A stretch of DNA of 64,000 nucleotides from Octopus vulgaris (lineage: Eukaryota). Location: assembly GCA_951406725.2 (NCBI GenBank), contig OX597814.1, positions 139,562,001 through 139,626,000 on the forward strand. Reading direction: 5' to 3'. Positions 13,136 to 26,687 of this stretch are shown here, in pieces (position 1 is the first letter of the stretch; every line of letters begins with the position of its first letter). Both the position numbers and the translations under genes were made by a program. The notes beneath the pieces were generated by a model that saw only the letters and a program-made list of their open reading frames with translations, had not been told where the DNA came from and made no database searches.

Positions 13136-13768
13136 CCCTTTAGTATTCAGATTATTTTGTCAAATGAAACGTTTTTGTTTTATTCACATTGATGTAGGGG
13201 TGGCTGTGTGGTAAGTAGCTTGCTTTCCAACCACATGGTTCCGGGTTCAGTCCCACTGCATGGCACCTTGGGCAAGTATCTTCTACTATAGCCTCAGGCC
13301 GACCAAAACCTTCTGAGTAGATTTGGTAGACGGAAACTGAAAGAAGCCCATCGTATATATGTATGTATGTGTGTCTATGCTTGTGCGTCTGTGTTTGTCC
13401 CCCCCCCAACATCGCTTGATAACTGATGCTAGTGTGTTTATGTCCCCATAACTTAGCGGTTCAGCAAAAGAGACCGATCGAATAAGTACTAGGCTTACAA
13501 AGAATAAGTCCTGGGATCGATTTGCTCGACTAAAGGCGGTACTCCAGCATGGCCATAGTCAAATGACTGAAACAAGTAAAAAAGTAAAAAAAAAGTATTG
13601 TTTTGAAATAATCATGCATCATCTTGTAACTTTGAGATTTTCATGATGTGATTGCTTATTTTTAGAAGGACATTGCAGGGTAGGTGTGAGAGGTTGCATC
13701 TGGCTGGTTTGAACATAAAACAGTAGAATATTTAGGCCAGATATGACCAGCTGGAATGCTAAAGTGTT
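13136..13768 (-). mobile_element. piggyBac-type MITE interrupted by a full-length SINE A
   Basis: TTAA-CCCTTTAG start. MITE homology stops at ~13191, resumes at ~13597 and runs to a degenerate GCTAAAGTG-TTGA end. Confidence 0.75.
13192..13596 (+). mobile_element. Full-length tRNA-derived SINE family A (CORE-like central motif)
   Basis: Pol III A/B-box-like head (TGGCTGTGTGG...GGTTCAGTCCC), CCTTGGGCAAGT motif, internal TA/TG tract and tail ...GACTGAAACAAGTAAAA. More than 10 full or partial copies in the window. Confidence 0.9.
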
Positions 13769-14935
13769 GATGAATGCTAAGTTTTATCTGAGTCAGTTTA
13801 AGTGAAAGCACGCAGCCTGGTGGTCAGGGTGTTGCACTTGCAAATGCAAGATTGTGGTTTCAATTTCCAGACTGCATGGTGCATTGTCTCCTAGAGCAAA
13901 GCACTTAATCCTCATGTAAATGAGTAATTTTGTGACAGATCAGCATCCTGTTCATAGGGAATTTTGTGATCTCAATCACTTGTACACCATGTAAGCAGGG
14001 TAACTAACCAGATGAATTCTAGGATTCAAGACAAGACTAAAACAAAACAAAAATAAACAAAATATAAATATAAAACAAATGTAGATGTGCAAAAAGAGCT
14101 GCAGTGATTCAGTATTTCGCACACTGACATTAAAGGAGTTACTCCAATAAAACACATAAACATATTACCGAGGTAGTGTTCTACATCCAACACCCTTCCT
14201 GTGGCTAACTTCTGTTTTGCTTTTGTTTTTTGAATTTTATTACTTTACAGAGAAGGTTTGTTTACAACACATTGTTTTTTTATTAGCTTCAGCTTGAGAG
14301 CTGCGGCCATGCTGGGGCACTGCCGTCATCTATATTTTTAAATAAGGGAACTTTTATTTCACATGTTTTTGAAGGTACAAAGCAAGCAGATGATTTATTG
14401 ACAGAAGAGACAACACAGGTAGTAGATTGTGACTTTCATAGAGCACAAATCTAATGTTGTAATAAGGCTGAAACAAATATAAAGTTGTCTTCCATACTTG
14501 CAAAAATTATCAAAATATCATCAGCCATTGAGTTGTCTTTTCTCATCACATAATCATTTTTTAATGAGCTTTTTTATGTGTTCTGCAGTAAATATATTAA
14601 CATTAATTTAACTGTGAATATACTTTTACACACTGAAATGTTAGTTATCTTGATTTATTGCATTTCAACAAATTTTATGTAAAATCTGAAACTAACAAGT
14701 TGCTTTTGATATATTAAAAACATTTAAATACATCTGGAATGAATCTTTTCTTTTCTATCTACTTTCTTTAGTAATAAGAAAATCAGATTAAGATAAGAAA
14801 ATTTGCTTCCTTCAGATTATTCTAATCTAGGAAACAAATATGAACAACATCAGAATTATGCATTCAGGGAAATATCTTAAAAAGAATTGGCTCAATTTGA
14901 AAGACCTAAAGGAAACTATAGAGAAAACTGGAATA

Positions 14936-15620
14936 TTCTTTTCTGCTCTTGGCACAAGGCCTGAAATTTTTGGGGAGGAGGCCTGTCGATTAGATCGATT
15001 GCAGTATGCAACTGGTACTTAATTTATCAACCCCAAAAGGATGAAAGGCAAAGTCAACCTCAGCGGAATTTGAACTCAGAACGTAAAGACAGATGAAATA
15101 CTGCTAAGCATTTCACTCAGCGGGCTAACATTTTTGCCAGCCTGCCGCCTTTGTAAACAGATATATGCTTTTCTACTCTAGGCACAAGGCCTGAAATTTT
15201 TAGGGAGGGGGCCTGTTGATTAGATCAGTCCCAGAACACAACTGATACTTAATTTATCGACCCAAAAGGATAAAAGGCAAAGTTGATCTCGGTGGAATTT
15301 GAACTCAGAACATAGTGACAGATGAAATACCTATTTCTTTACTACCCACAAGGGGATAAACACAGAGAGGACAAACAAGGACAGACAAATGGATTAAGTC
15401 GATTATATCGACCCCAGTGCGTAACTGGTACTTATTTAATCGACCCCAAAAGGATGAAAGGCAAAGTCGACCTCGACGGAATTTGAACTCAGAACGTAGT
15501 GGCTGACAAAATACTGCTAAGCATTTCGCCCAGCATGCTAACGTTTCTGCCAGCTCGCTGCCTTTAATGATAATAATAATCCTTTCTTTTATAGGCACAA
15601 GGCCTGAAATTTGTTGGGGG
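14936..15620 (-). mobile_element. Head-to-tail cluster of ~4 tRNA-derived SINE family B copies (Meta-domain-like core)
   Basis: Repeated (minus) GGCAGCGAGCTGGCAGAAACG...GAGTTCAAATTCC...GCCTTTCATCCTTTTGGGGTCGAT..AAGTACCAG units at ~14936-15152, 15168-15332, 15333-15564 and 15580-15620. The Meta-domain assignment is from memory. Confidence 0.85.
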
Positions 15621-15951
15621 GTTAGAAAACTGGAATATTAATTAGTAGTAAAAGAGGCAAACATTTTGTTGGAAACCACATTTAGTATGTATGAAGGAAG
15701 TGGCAAGAAAGAAAAAAGTCAAGAATGTATAGCTAAGTGCATAAGTGAGTTATGGAATACCAGGTGTTTTGTTGTATCTTGGGTGGGTTATTATGCCAAC
15801 AATAAGCACACACACACACACTGGATAGGAAGTGAAACCCTTGGAGGTTTATTCTGGCCCTGAGATGACAGAAATTAGTATTTTTCAGCAACACAGTCAA
15901 CAAGACATTCAAATGTATTGTGCAAGATGAATGATTATATTTAATAAACAG

Positions 15952-16185
15952 AGGTGCAAGTGTGGCTGCAGAGTTAAGGAGCTTGCTTCTTAACCATGTG
16001 GTCTTGGGTTCAGTCCCACTGTGGAGTACATCAGGCTGTGTGGTAAGAAATTTGCTTCCCAACCTCGTGGTTCTGGGTTCAGTCCCACTATGTAGCATCT
16101 TGGGCAAGTGTCTTCTACTATAGCCTCAGGCTAACCAAGGCCTTGTGAGTGGATTTGGTAGACAAAAACTGAAAGAAGCCTGTTA
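15952..16185 (+). mobile_element. SINE A 5' half with tandemly duplicated head
   Basis: Two successive heads, each ending GGGTTCAGTCCCACT (~15952-16025 and ~16033-16095). Confidence 0.8.
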
Positions 16186-16266
16186 CACATACATGCATGC
16201 ATGTGCGTGCACACACACACATATATATTCAAATATGAAATAGAAATAGAAGCTGTGCTAGTGTAA

Positions 16267-16688
16267 TAAACATTACCAACCACATATACTTAGCATAAAT
16301 GTTTTGTGTTTTTGCTGGTAGACTGTGATTTGGCATGACAGAATACTCTCTCAAAAGTCATGAACAGGCGAGATAACTCACCTGTCCATGACTTTCAGGT
16401 GTTTTAACACCTGGCATTTTGAGAGAGTATTCTCCACCATGCCAAATCACAGCTTATCAACAAAAACATGATGCTTTTACATTCAGTATATGTGGTTGAT
16501 CATGTTTATAGATATTTAATAAACACAATATATGTTTCTAAGTGCTACTATTAGTTTCATGTGCTGAGAGTATGCCAGACATTTTTTAACACATCTGGTG
16601 ACCTAGCACAATTATCAGAGACTCTGGCATACTCTCAGCATATGAAACTAATAGTAACACATAAAAAGATATATTGTGCTTATTAAAT
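16267..16688. repeat. Two adjacent imperfect fold-back structures (one branched); probable Penelope-type remnant
   Basis: TGTGATTTGGCATGACAGAATACTCTCTCAAAA pairs with TTTTGAGAGAGTATTCTCCACCATGCCAAATCACA and encloses two inner hairpins. A second stem pairs ~16513-16579 with ~16624-16688. Confidence 0.8.
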
Positions 16689-16746
16689 AATATTTGTCTC
16701 ACCAGATGGAGTACTTTTTTGTTGATTTTACCACCACAGAATAATA

Positions 16747-16785
<39 letters not shown>

Positions 16786-18214
16786 ACAGGCTTCTTTCAG
16801 TTTCCATCTACCACATCCACTCACAAGGCGTTGGTCAGCTTGAGGCTATAATAGAAGACACTTGCCCAGGTGTCATAGTGGAACTGAACCTGGAACCATG
16901 TGGTTGTTAAGCAAACATCTTACCATGCAGCCATGCCTGCACCTAGCCATGTTCATGATTTATTGAAAGGACTTTTTTTCTTTGCTAATTGTAGGGTATC
17001 TGATATCATCTGTAACATTTTATGAAGCAGGCAATGGATTAAGTCAAGGAAAACTCAGTTAAATAATAAGAGATGTAAAGAGAATAAATCTACCTCTACA
17101 TAATGAACTATTGTGATACAGAGTGATACTCAAGGTGAGATTGGGTGAGACTGGGTGAGACAGGAAAACCTGATCTGATTACCTATGTCAGCATAAAAAT
17201 ACAGGTATTTAACTAGTAATGATGATGAATGAGGATAAAAAGCAAATTTCATTCTTTTAATCTATTAGATCTTAATTTAGTCTTGACAACATTCAACATT
17301 CTAAATGCTGTCGCTTAGTTATTTGATGTCAATCTCTATATCTAGATCTTACTAGATGGCTGTCGATCATTTCTTACTAAAATAATTTAGCTCTAAATGA
17401 TGTTTCTTTCCCAGTTAAATTTACTGCGGAGTTTGTTCTTACTTCTAGAAAGAATAAGATTGATGCTTTCAGTTATAAAGATGGAGATTTTAAATAATCA
17501 TGATATTATGATATATGTCTACCAATTTAAAAATAGCATATAATATATGTAAATCTGAACATATAAAGTAAATATATTCCTCAGGGGAATTCTGAAATAT
17601 AGTATTTGTTGAATATCTAAAATATTGCTTTGAATATCTGAAACATTGCTTTTAGAATAAATCCTGAGAGAGATTTAATGGTCACAAAATAAGATAATAA
17701 TTGCATCTAATGATAAAGTTTTCAATCTACATGGGAAAAAGAATGGAGAAAATATTTCTTTTAATGTTTAGTGCCATTTTGATTATTATTTAATAAAAGA
17801 CTTTTGAAAAAATTTGCATCGTAGCTGAAAAATTTACAACATGGCTGTACGGATAAGAAGTTTGTTTCATCCATATGGTTCTGTAGTCTATCCCTCTACA
17901 CATCATTTTCAACAAATGCCTTCTGTTAGAGCTTCAATTTGACCAACACTTTGTTAGTGGAAGTTGTTTGATGGAAACTCAGACAATTTCTAATATAAGC
18001 TCAAGGCTCCAAATTTGGAACAGCTAATTAGAAAGACTCCAGCACTCAACAAGTACTTATTCTGTCAATTCCCAACCCCGGAATGATGAAAAGCAAAGTT
18101 AACTTCAATAGAATTTGAACTAAATGCATCAGTAGGTATTTTCCAAGGTATTTGATGTCAAAATGCACCATCACCACTGGGGTATTCTTTTAAGTTTGAT
18201 ATGCTATCTTAATA

Positions 18215-18708
18215 TTCTTTCTACTATAGGCAAAAGGCCTGGATTTTATGGGGAGGGGGACAGTCGATCACATCGACCTCAATACTTAACTGGTACTTGA
18301 TTTATTGACTCTGAAGGGAAGAAAGACAAAGTCGACCATGGCGGAATTTGAACTCAGACCATAGTGCCAGACAAAATACCGCTAAGCATTTTGCCTGGCA
18401 TGCTAACAATTCTGCCAGCTTGCCACCTTGATGCAGCCTTAATATTAATTTCACTAGCGACCTATCCTTTGTATGTTGGTTATATTCTAAACCTGGCTAT
18501 TTTTGTGCCATTATATCTTCTGCAAAAAGCGGCAAGCTGGCAGAAACGATGGCACACCGGGCGAAATGCTCAGTGTTATTTCATCTGTCTTTACATTCTG
18601 AGTTCAAATTCTGCTGAGGTCAACTTTGCCTTTCATCCTTTTGGGGTCAATAAAATAAGTACCAGTTGCATACTGGGGTTGATCTAATCAACTGGCCTCC
18701 TCCCCAAA
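18215..18708. mobile_element. Inverted pair of SINE B copies (18215-18430 minus, 18528-18708 plus)
   Basis: Both match family B, in opposite orientations, about 100 bp apart. More degenerate copies at ~5395-5605, 19090-19712, 20710-20890, 23070-23470 and 28815-29020. Confidence 0.85.
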
Positions 18709-18716
18709 ACAATAAT

Positions 18717-19083
18717 AACAAGAGCACTCAGGGAGCACAAACCTCTGCCAAGGCAACACCAACGTCCTCTCAACAAGTAGCCAGAGATGATTTTTAAAAT
18801 GAGGTTACCTGAAATAAACTCGATTGCTCTCACAAATGAGAATACTAAAAACTAACCCGACCGCTCTCAAAAATTAAGTAAAAAAAAACAGGAAAAATAA
18901 TCTAGAATCCTTGTCCAGCACCAGATCAATCTCCAAATCTAATCAGTTTGTGCCAGTCATGAGGCCAAACATCCCTGAAAGTTTCATCTGAATCCATCCA
19001 ATGGTTCTTGAGATATCTTGTCCACATACAAACTAACAAACATGACTGAAAACAATACCTCTGCCTTCACTAAGGTGGGGTAA
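18717..19083 (-). mobile_element. Helentron-associated non-autonomous element (HINE/DINE-1-like), copy 1
   Basis: Subterminal ACCTCTGCC near both ends, terminal hairpin ACCTCTGCCTT...AAGGTGGGGT and A/T flanks. Closely similar to 38451-38821. Confidence 0.7.
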
Positions 19084-20170
19084 TAATGGTTTCAAATTTT
19101 GGAAAAAAGCCAATGATTCAAGGGGGAGATGTTTAGTCAGTTATTTGACTGGTACTTTGTTTTATCTTATAAGTTAACTTTGGCAGTATTTGAACGCAGA
19201 GAAAGCAAAAAGCCAGAAGAAAATGTTGCAAGGAATTTTGTCTGAAGCGCAAACAATGCTGCCAGCAAACTATCTTTAAAATAAGACAATAATAACAATG
19301 GCTTAAAATTTTGACACAAGGCCAGCAGTTTTTAATGATATCACCAATCCTAGTAATGAGTGTTATTTTATGAAAAGCCAAGTTAAGTTACATGGAATGT
19401 GAACTCAGAACTCGAAGTGCTGGCAGAAATACTGCAAAGCATTTAAACCAATATTCCAGCAATTTTGGCAATCCACCTCTGAAAGTAATAATGCTTTTAT
19501 ATTTTGATGCAAGGCCTGAAATTTTTTGGGAGGGAGGGCAGTTAGTTGATGTAATCGACTTCAGTACTTAAATGGTACTTATTTTATCAACACTCAAAGA
19601 ATGAAAGGCAAAGTTGACCTAAGCAGAATTTGAACTCAGAATGTTAAGCCTGAAGAACATCCACAAAACATTTTGTTCGGTACGATAAAAATTCAACCAG
19701 CTTGCCTCCTTAAAAATCTACTTTAATAATACTCTTGTGTTTTTCTCCGTCACAACATATGAATGAGAAAGAAAGAGGTGGTAGATGAATAAGGAAGGAA
19801 GGGGTGATGGCAAACTGGTAGTAGAAGTGTTTCAACTCTGTTGAGTATGTGTTTACATATGTAAAAGGGAGGTATGTGAATGTTTGAGTGTGTGTGTGTA
19901 TGTGTATGTAAACAGGAGGTATGTGAATGTTTGTGTGTGTGTGTGTGCAATGGAAGTGAGATGGTGAACATTCAATGCTGAAAAGGAAAAATCAAACAGC
20001 GTTTCATCTCTGTGTGGGTATATGCGTGTATGTGTGTGCATGTACAAGGGAAGTATGAAAACGTTTGTATGTGTGAACCAGCATTCTTTCAGTAACAAAC
20101 GATGATCGATGTCACATCTCAAAAGACAACCACTAGATAACATTGACAAGTGTATTAATTTGATTTACCA

Positions 20171-20644
20171 TCTATATGTATATCTATAAAACAGTCCTTG
20201 GACGAAAATTGTATGCACATTTTGCTTTGACGGTTAATGGCGGCCAAACCGAGGCTAGGATTGAGCTGAAAACTGGCAGGGATACTAAATGTGTGGTGAG
20301 GATGAGATCCGTGATGGTTAAAATTCACAAGCTATAAAGATGTGGTTGTTATGGCAAAAAGAGTGATTTTTTTAATCGATTCAAGGGGGCCAAGAGCCCC
20401 TGAAGGTTTGTGCGATTGGCTTTTAATGCCCAGTGGCATGCACTGCAGGCTGTTGTGCTTAATAAACATACATTTTGTTGCAAAATTCCGGCCATTAGGA
20501 AACGATTTTTCATTGTGAAAAAATGAGTGCTTTTTGCCCTCATTTTCTTTTTAATTTTTAATAAAATTTTCACTTTTTAAAAAAATTCCTCATCTTTAAA
20601 ATGTGGCCCGAGTAAACCCGAATGAAATCGGGTTATAATACTAG
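20171..20644 (+). mobile_element. Complete non-autonomous Helitron
   Basis: Inserted between A and T with no TSD. Starts 5'-TC(TATA), ends CTAG, and has a subterminal hairpin AACCCGA-ATGAAA-TCGGGTT (20615-20634) just before the end. Confidence 0.8.
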
Positions 20645-20996
20645 TTTATATATAAAATACTACAATTGGCCGTCATTTTTGATGGTACAGGGCCAGCTAT
20701 TAACAATAATAATCCTTTCTACTAAAGGCACAAGGCCTGAAATTTTGGAGGAGAAGACTAGCACAAACCCCGTGCTCAACTGGTGCTTATTTTATTGACC
20801 CCACCCAAAAGGATGAAAGGCAAAGTTGACCGTAGCAAAATTTGAACTCAGAAAAGCTTCTAAGTATTTTGCCTAGTATGCTATTGATTCTACAAGTTAT
20901 TTTATTGGCTGCAGGGCAAGACTGAAAGCAATTTGCATGGGGATTTACATAAAGGATGGGGAGAAAGAAATGGAAAATACAGTGAAATGTGATATA

Positions 20997-21152
20997 GGTG
21001 CAGAAGTAGCTGTGTGGTAAGAAGCTTGCTTCCCAGCCACAGGGTTCCAGGTTCAGTCCCACTGCATGGCACCTTGGTCTTCTACTATAGCCTCGGGCTG
21101 ACCAAAGCCTTGTGAGTGAATTTGGTAGAAGGAAACTGAAAGGAGCCCATCG

Positions 21153-21223
<71 letters not shown>

Positions 21224-21449
21224 ATGTACGTATGTATTTATGTGTCTGTGTTTGTTCCCCCACAATTGCTTAACAACCGATGTTGGTGTGTTTATATTCT
21301 TGTAACTTAGCTGTTCAGCAAAAGAGGCTGATAAAATAAGTACTAGGCTTACAAAAAATAAGTCCTGGGGTTGATATTTTTTGACTATATTTGGTGCTCC
21401 AGCATGGCCGCAGTCAGTTGACTGAAACAAGTAAAAGAATAAAAGAATA
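20997..21449 (+). mobile_element. Full-length SINE A with internal (TA)n(TG)n
   Basis: Matches 13192-13596 along its length, with an expanded internal microsatellite. Confidence 0.9.
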
Positions 21450-22558
21450 GACTACAAAGTATGTGATAACATGAATGAGGCAGTCCTCCTGATACAGGAG
21501 AAATTCCAACTAGCACCAATCAAGGATCCCACAGATCCAAGATTACCCTAACCACCAAGGATATGAGGTACATACTGAGAGTAATGATCCTTTCTAATAA
21601 TAGCATAGGGCCTGAAATATTTTTGTTGATGGGGGCTAGTTCATTACATCAACCCTAGTGCTCAACTCAGAACATAAAAATGAGTGAAATGCTTCCAAAA
21701 ATCTTGTCTATTTGATAATGCTTGAAATAAAATGTGTTTTGAAAGGCAAATCAAAATGGCAACTTTACACTGAAAGTTAATAATAATACTAACATCAACA
21801 ATAATAACAGATAAAAACAAAGATTGATAAAACCAGAGGGGAAATGGAAAATCTGTGGAAAAGGAGAAGAAAGTTTCAACCTTCTCTTAAGTTGATGCAG
21901 TAATCTAGTACCAAAAGAGTATAATCACAAACAGGATTATGCTAGTAGAAGTGTGCATTGGGACATTAGCCAAGAGTGTAGATTCAAAGTAGCATAAGAG
22001 TAGCATGAATACAAACCAGAGGCTTTGATAAAGAATAAGAATTACAGAATTATATAGGATTTCCCCAGAAAAATTGACCATATTATTGAAGCATGAAGAC
22101 TATCATTATAGAGGATAAAAGAAAACAAACAGTGTAAAATAAAAGACTTTGCAATATCATATGATAATAAATAGAATGAATACCAAAGAAATTTTAAAAT
22201 TGAGAAACACCAAGATCTAAAAGGGATGAAGAGCAGCAATTCTGCCAGCTTGTTTCCTTAATAATAATGATACAACATATAAAGCAAACCCATACACACA
22301 CACACAAGAAATTTCATGGATGGCCACAACAATGTCAACAACAAAATTAACAATGACAATAGCAGCAGCAGTGACAACGATGGCAATAACAACAGCAACA
22401 ACTACCACAATGGCAACACCATGGGGCGAATACACATACACAGAGGAATACAGAAACTGTACCATATTTTCAGGTCTTAGGACAGCAGCAGCACAATGGG
22501 ATGAGAGGATGGGGTTGAGGGGAAGGCCACACTGCTGCTAAGAACTATGACACACACA

Positions 22559-22594
<36 letters not shown>

Positions 22595-24069
22595 ATAAAC
22601 AAGGACACAAATGCATGCACACTTAAGGATACATATCTTAGAAGAACAGAATGGAGTAAGTGGAGCAAGAACGCACACGAAAACGAAAAGTGTCACTGAA
22701 GAGGTCACAGATATGTGACGAAAGATTTCTGGACAATGCACATGAGTTGAAATAATAGAATAAGAACAATAATAAACGAGTGAAGAAAAAATATATAGTG
22801 CGTGTGTTTAATAGTAAAAAAAAAAAAATATCCATCCTGAAATACAACAATAATAATTATAATAATAATGATAATTTCATTTATTTGCCACAAGGACGAA
22901 AGATGAGGGAGACATTACAAAGACAGACATAAAGTGTGGTGGGGTTTACATATAATGGAATGATAAAATAAAAATGAAAATGAAAGAAAGATGGACGTGG
23001 GTAATGCCAGTGCCTGCTGGTGGCACATAAAAAGCACTGTTCAAGCTTTGGGCCTCATGGAGGTAGTGACAAGGCCAACAATTTCAGGGAAAAGGGTAAG
23101 TTGATTACATCGACCCAAAATTCTTGACTGGCACTTACTTTATCGACCTCGAAAGGATGTAAGGCAAAGTCGACCTCGGCGGTATTTGAACTCAGAACAT
23201 GAAGACGGACGAAATGTCACTAAACATTCTGCCTGGTGTAATGATGATGATGATGATGATGATGGTGATGACACAAGCACGTGGCCACATATTTTCGTTG
23301 GGGAGGGTATAGACAATTAAATTTACCTCGGTACATGGGCACTTATTTGTTTTAACAACTCTAGAAGGATGGGAAAACAAAATCGGCCTCAACAGAATTT
23401 GAACTCAAAATATAATGTGCTGCAAGGCATTTTAGCTTTGAAACTCTAATGATTCTCCCAGTTCATCCACTCTAAATAGTAATAACAAAAGCAGCAGCAG
23501 CAACAAGAACAACAACAACAACAACAATAACAACAAGAACAACATCGAAATCAACAGGTGGCAGTTTTGCTAATGATTTGCAATATTCATTATTGATTGC
23601 TTTGTTGCTGTTGCTGTTGCATTTGTTTTGCTTTTATTTACTGTAAATCAGTGAGCAGTAGCAGCCAGTAACTGTCTGCGTTTCCTGGCTGACTTAATTA
23701 ACCGTGAAGACAAGACAAGGGAAGTGCTAACGGTTATAAAAGAGGAATATAGCGACGGTAACAGTGGAGACAGATAGGAAGGAGGAGGAGGAGGAGAAGG
23801 AGGAGGAGGGGAGAAGAAGGAGGAGGAGATAGAAATATTGAAAGAGGTACGTTGGTGGCGGTGGTGGTGAGGACGGATAAACAGATATAGGGGCTGGGTA
23901 AAGCAGGATAAGACAGAGGTGTGAAAGTGTTGATGGTGGGGGCAGGAAACTGCAAATGTAATTAATAAACAATGCTGTAATCAGTTATTATTAAAACCAC
24001 ACTAAACTAACCACACGGGCAGTAATTGCACGAACACTTCTACGCGCTAACGAAAGGAGCATCTTTATG

Positions 24070-24270
24070 GTCGTTTGATTTGTTAGAAATAGCGGCTAAA
24101 TTCCCACTAATCTCAATCCATCGTTTTAAAAAATAAATAAACAAAGAAGGGCACAAATGGTAAGCTACTTTAGCTGTAGATGTACAAGTTGAAACTACAA
24201 GATGTGCGTGGTTGGAATGTCTTTGATCATAGGTCCGTTTCTATCAGATCTGACCTGAGGTTAAACATGA
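24070..24270 (+). mobile_element. Old interspersed repeat (family D tail: AGAAATAGC...GGAATG.CTTTGATCATAGG...GCTAAACAAC)
   Basis: Degenerate homologues at ~10270-10412, ~12705-12920 and, inverted, ~47218-47398. Confidence 0.55.
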
Positions 24271-24342
24271 GCAATCAGTAACACCACCACCACCTACACA
24301 CCATCACCACCACCACCACCACCACCAGTAATAATCATAATG

Positions 24343-24390
<48 letters not shown>

Positions 24391-24959
24391 GTAATAATAG
24401 GTTCTCATGGCTTCTGATCTTAACTGAATGGAAGTATTATCATGTACATTGTTTTGTCTTGATATAAAAGATGGGCTACAGCAAATATTGTGCTTAATAC
24501 CGCAGATTTGCTTGTCACTTGTTTGATCTTAACCAGTTGAGCCTGTCCCTTAATGGCTGACGATTTGTGCATCTCTGATCATGAGTAGAAGTAGCGGGGA
24601 GCATCATAGCCATGTGTTGAGAGGAATTCTTTGGGGTTTGGATAATTCACCTTTGGAAACATGGGTGTTTTGTTCATCATCCTTAAACAACCTTTATTCA
24701 GGGACCTTTTGAGTGGGATGGGCTAATTGACCTGAAGAAAATTCTAGCTGGGCCCCCACCTGCAAGGTCATGCACTGTTTATCTTGATATGAGATCACCA
24801 TGTCGCGCATATATGGTTGTGATGCATGTGCCTAGTGTACCCTTATCAGACAGATAGTCATGATGGGTATACTGGGCTTTGTATATTTTATCCTAGTGTA
24901 ACTTTGATGACATGCGCTGCTCTCTCACTCAATAACAACAACAACAACAACAATAATAA

Positions 24960-25265
24960 TAATTAATTCTTTTATTGGCCACAAGGGCTGATAAAAATTA
25001 ATTATAACATAAAGGGACAAAACAAGATGAAAGGTTACAAAGGGTTTTGTCTGTTTGTAAAAAACCGTGTAAAAACAGTGTAACAACAAAAAATTATAAC
25101 AAAGAAAAACTCCCAATAGGGGGAGGCGTTACAAAAGGTTCCTGGTGGAAAAAACCCATAAAAGCCATGGGAGCCTGGTCAAAAGGGGGGGTAGAGGACC
25201 CCTTTCTCCTTTTATTTTACCTTTTTAAATCATAGGTGAAACCTCAGAATTGGTCCGTTCACACT
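24960..25265 (-). mobile_element. 3' end of a non-LTR retrotransposon (Tx1/L1-like by inference), flanked by (AAT)n
   Basis: Minus strand ends an apparent reading frame (VNGPILRFHL*), followed by a T-rich UTR ending CCCTTGTGGCCAATAAAAGAATT. A similar tail occurs at ~22870-22900. Confidence 0.45.
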
Positions 25266-25290
25266 AATAATAATAATAATGATAATGATA

Positions 25291-25323
<33 letters not shown>

Positions 25324-25623
25324 ATGATTGGCATTAGGTAGGGCATCCAACTGTGGAAACCAGGCCAAATCAGATTAGAACCTGGTGCAGCTCTCCAGCT
25401 TGCCAGCTCTGGTCAAACTGTCCAACCCATTCCAGCATAAAAATGGATGTTAAAGAATGATGATAATGATGATGATGATGATGATGGTGAAATACAGACA
25501 GATATGTATACATATAATGTAATATAATATATATTTATATATATGTATATATATAATGTAATACAACAAACACACATATACACATACATATTTATAAATA
25601 TATACAGATATATAATATATAAA

Positions 25624-25654
<31 letters not shown>

Positions 25655-25672
25655 GACAGATATAGTTATATG

Positions 25673-25732
<60 letters not shown>

Positions 25733-26185
25733 TGAGAGAGAGAGTGAGAGAGAGAGGGAGAAAGAGACTCTATGTGTGTGTGTGACTTATTAGTACAAAA
25801 AAGGGCGGTTATTATAGACCTGTATTGTAGAGAATCTATTGTATGTAGCTAGGATTACAAACCCATTCCTAAAATTTTCGTGAAAGCCACCCTGTTTGAC
25901 TCACTGTATTCATTGGTAGGTTGAATGGACTAATGGATTCCAAGCCATTGTTAAGTATTGTTGGCGACATAAGGCTGTGTGCACATTCTTTAGGAATGGC
26001 AATGCAAATCTGGTTACTACAAATTCCACTCAAACACACACACATATACGCACACACATAATTACATACATACATTTTATAATATGTGGTTGTACTGATC
26101 ATCATATATACACACACACACACATATATATACATATATATATACATACATATATATATACATACATACATACATATATATATAC

Positions 26186-26270
<85 letters not shown>

Positions 26271-26616
26271 TAAATAAATAGATAGAGATACAGAAGATAT
26301 GTATACATACATACATACATACATACATACATACATGTGCTTAAACACACAAACACAAACTATATATACATATCATCACCATCATCATCGTTGTCATTGT
26401 CATCTTAATGTTCAATTTTCCATGCTTGCATAAGGACCACTCAAAATTTTCTTTGGCCAGATACCCTTTCTGTTGTCAACCCTCACCTGTTTGCAAGCTC
26501 CTTGGCCAGACATGTTTTTTTAAGGACGAATGGAAAAAAACATTGCTTGTATGATGAGAATGATTGTTCACAACCATCATGTGATTTCAGAAAGAAGGTA
26601 CACACACATGCACGTG

Positions 26617-26665
<49 letters not shown>

Positions 26666-26687
26666 CATCATCATCATCATCATCATA

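Noticed and set aside
13195-13262. tRNA gene-like A/B boxes
   Set aside because: These are SINE heads that continue into SINE bodies; no cloverleaf.
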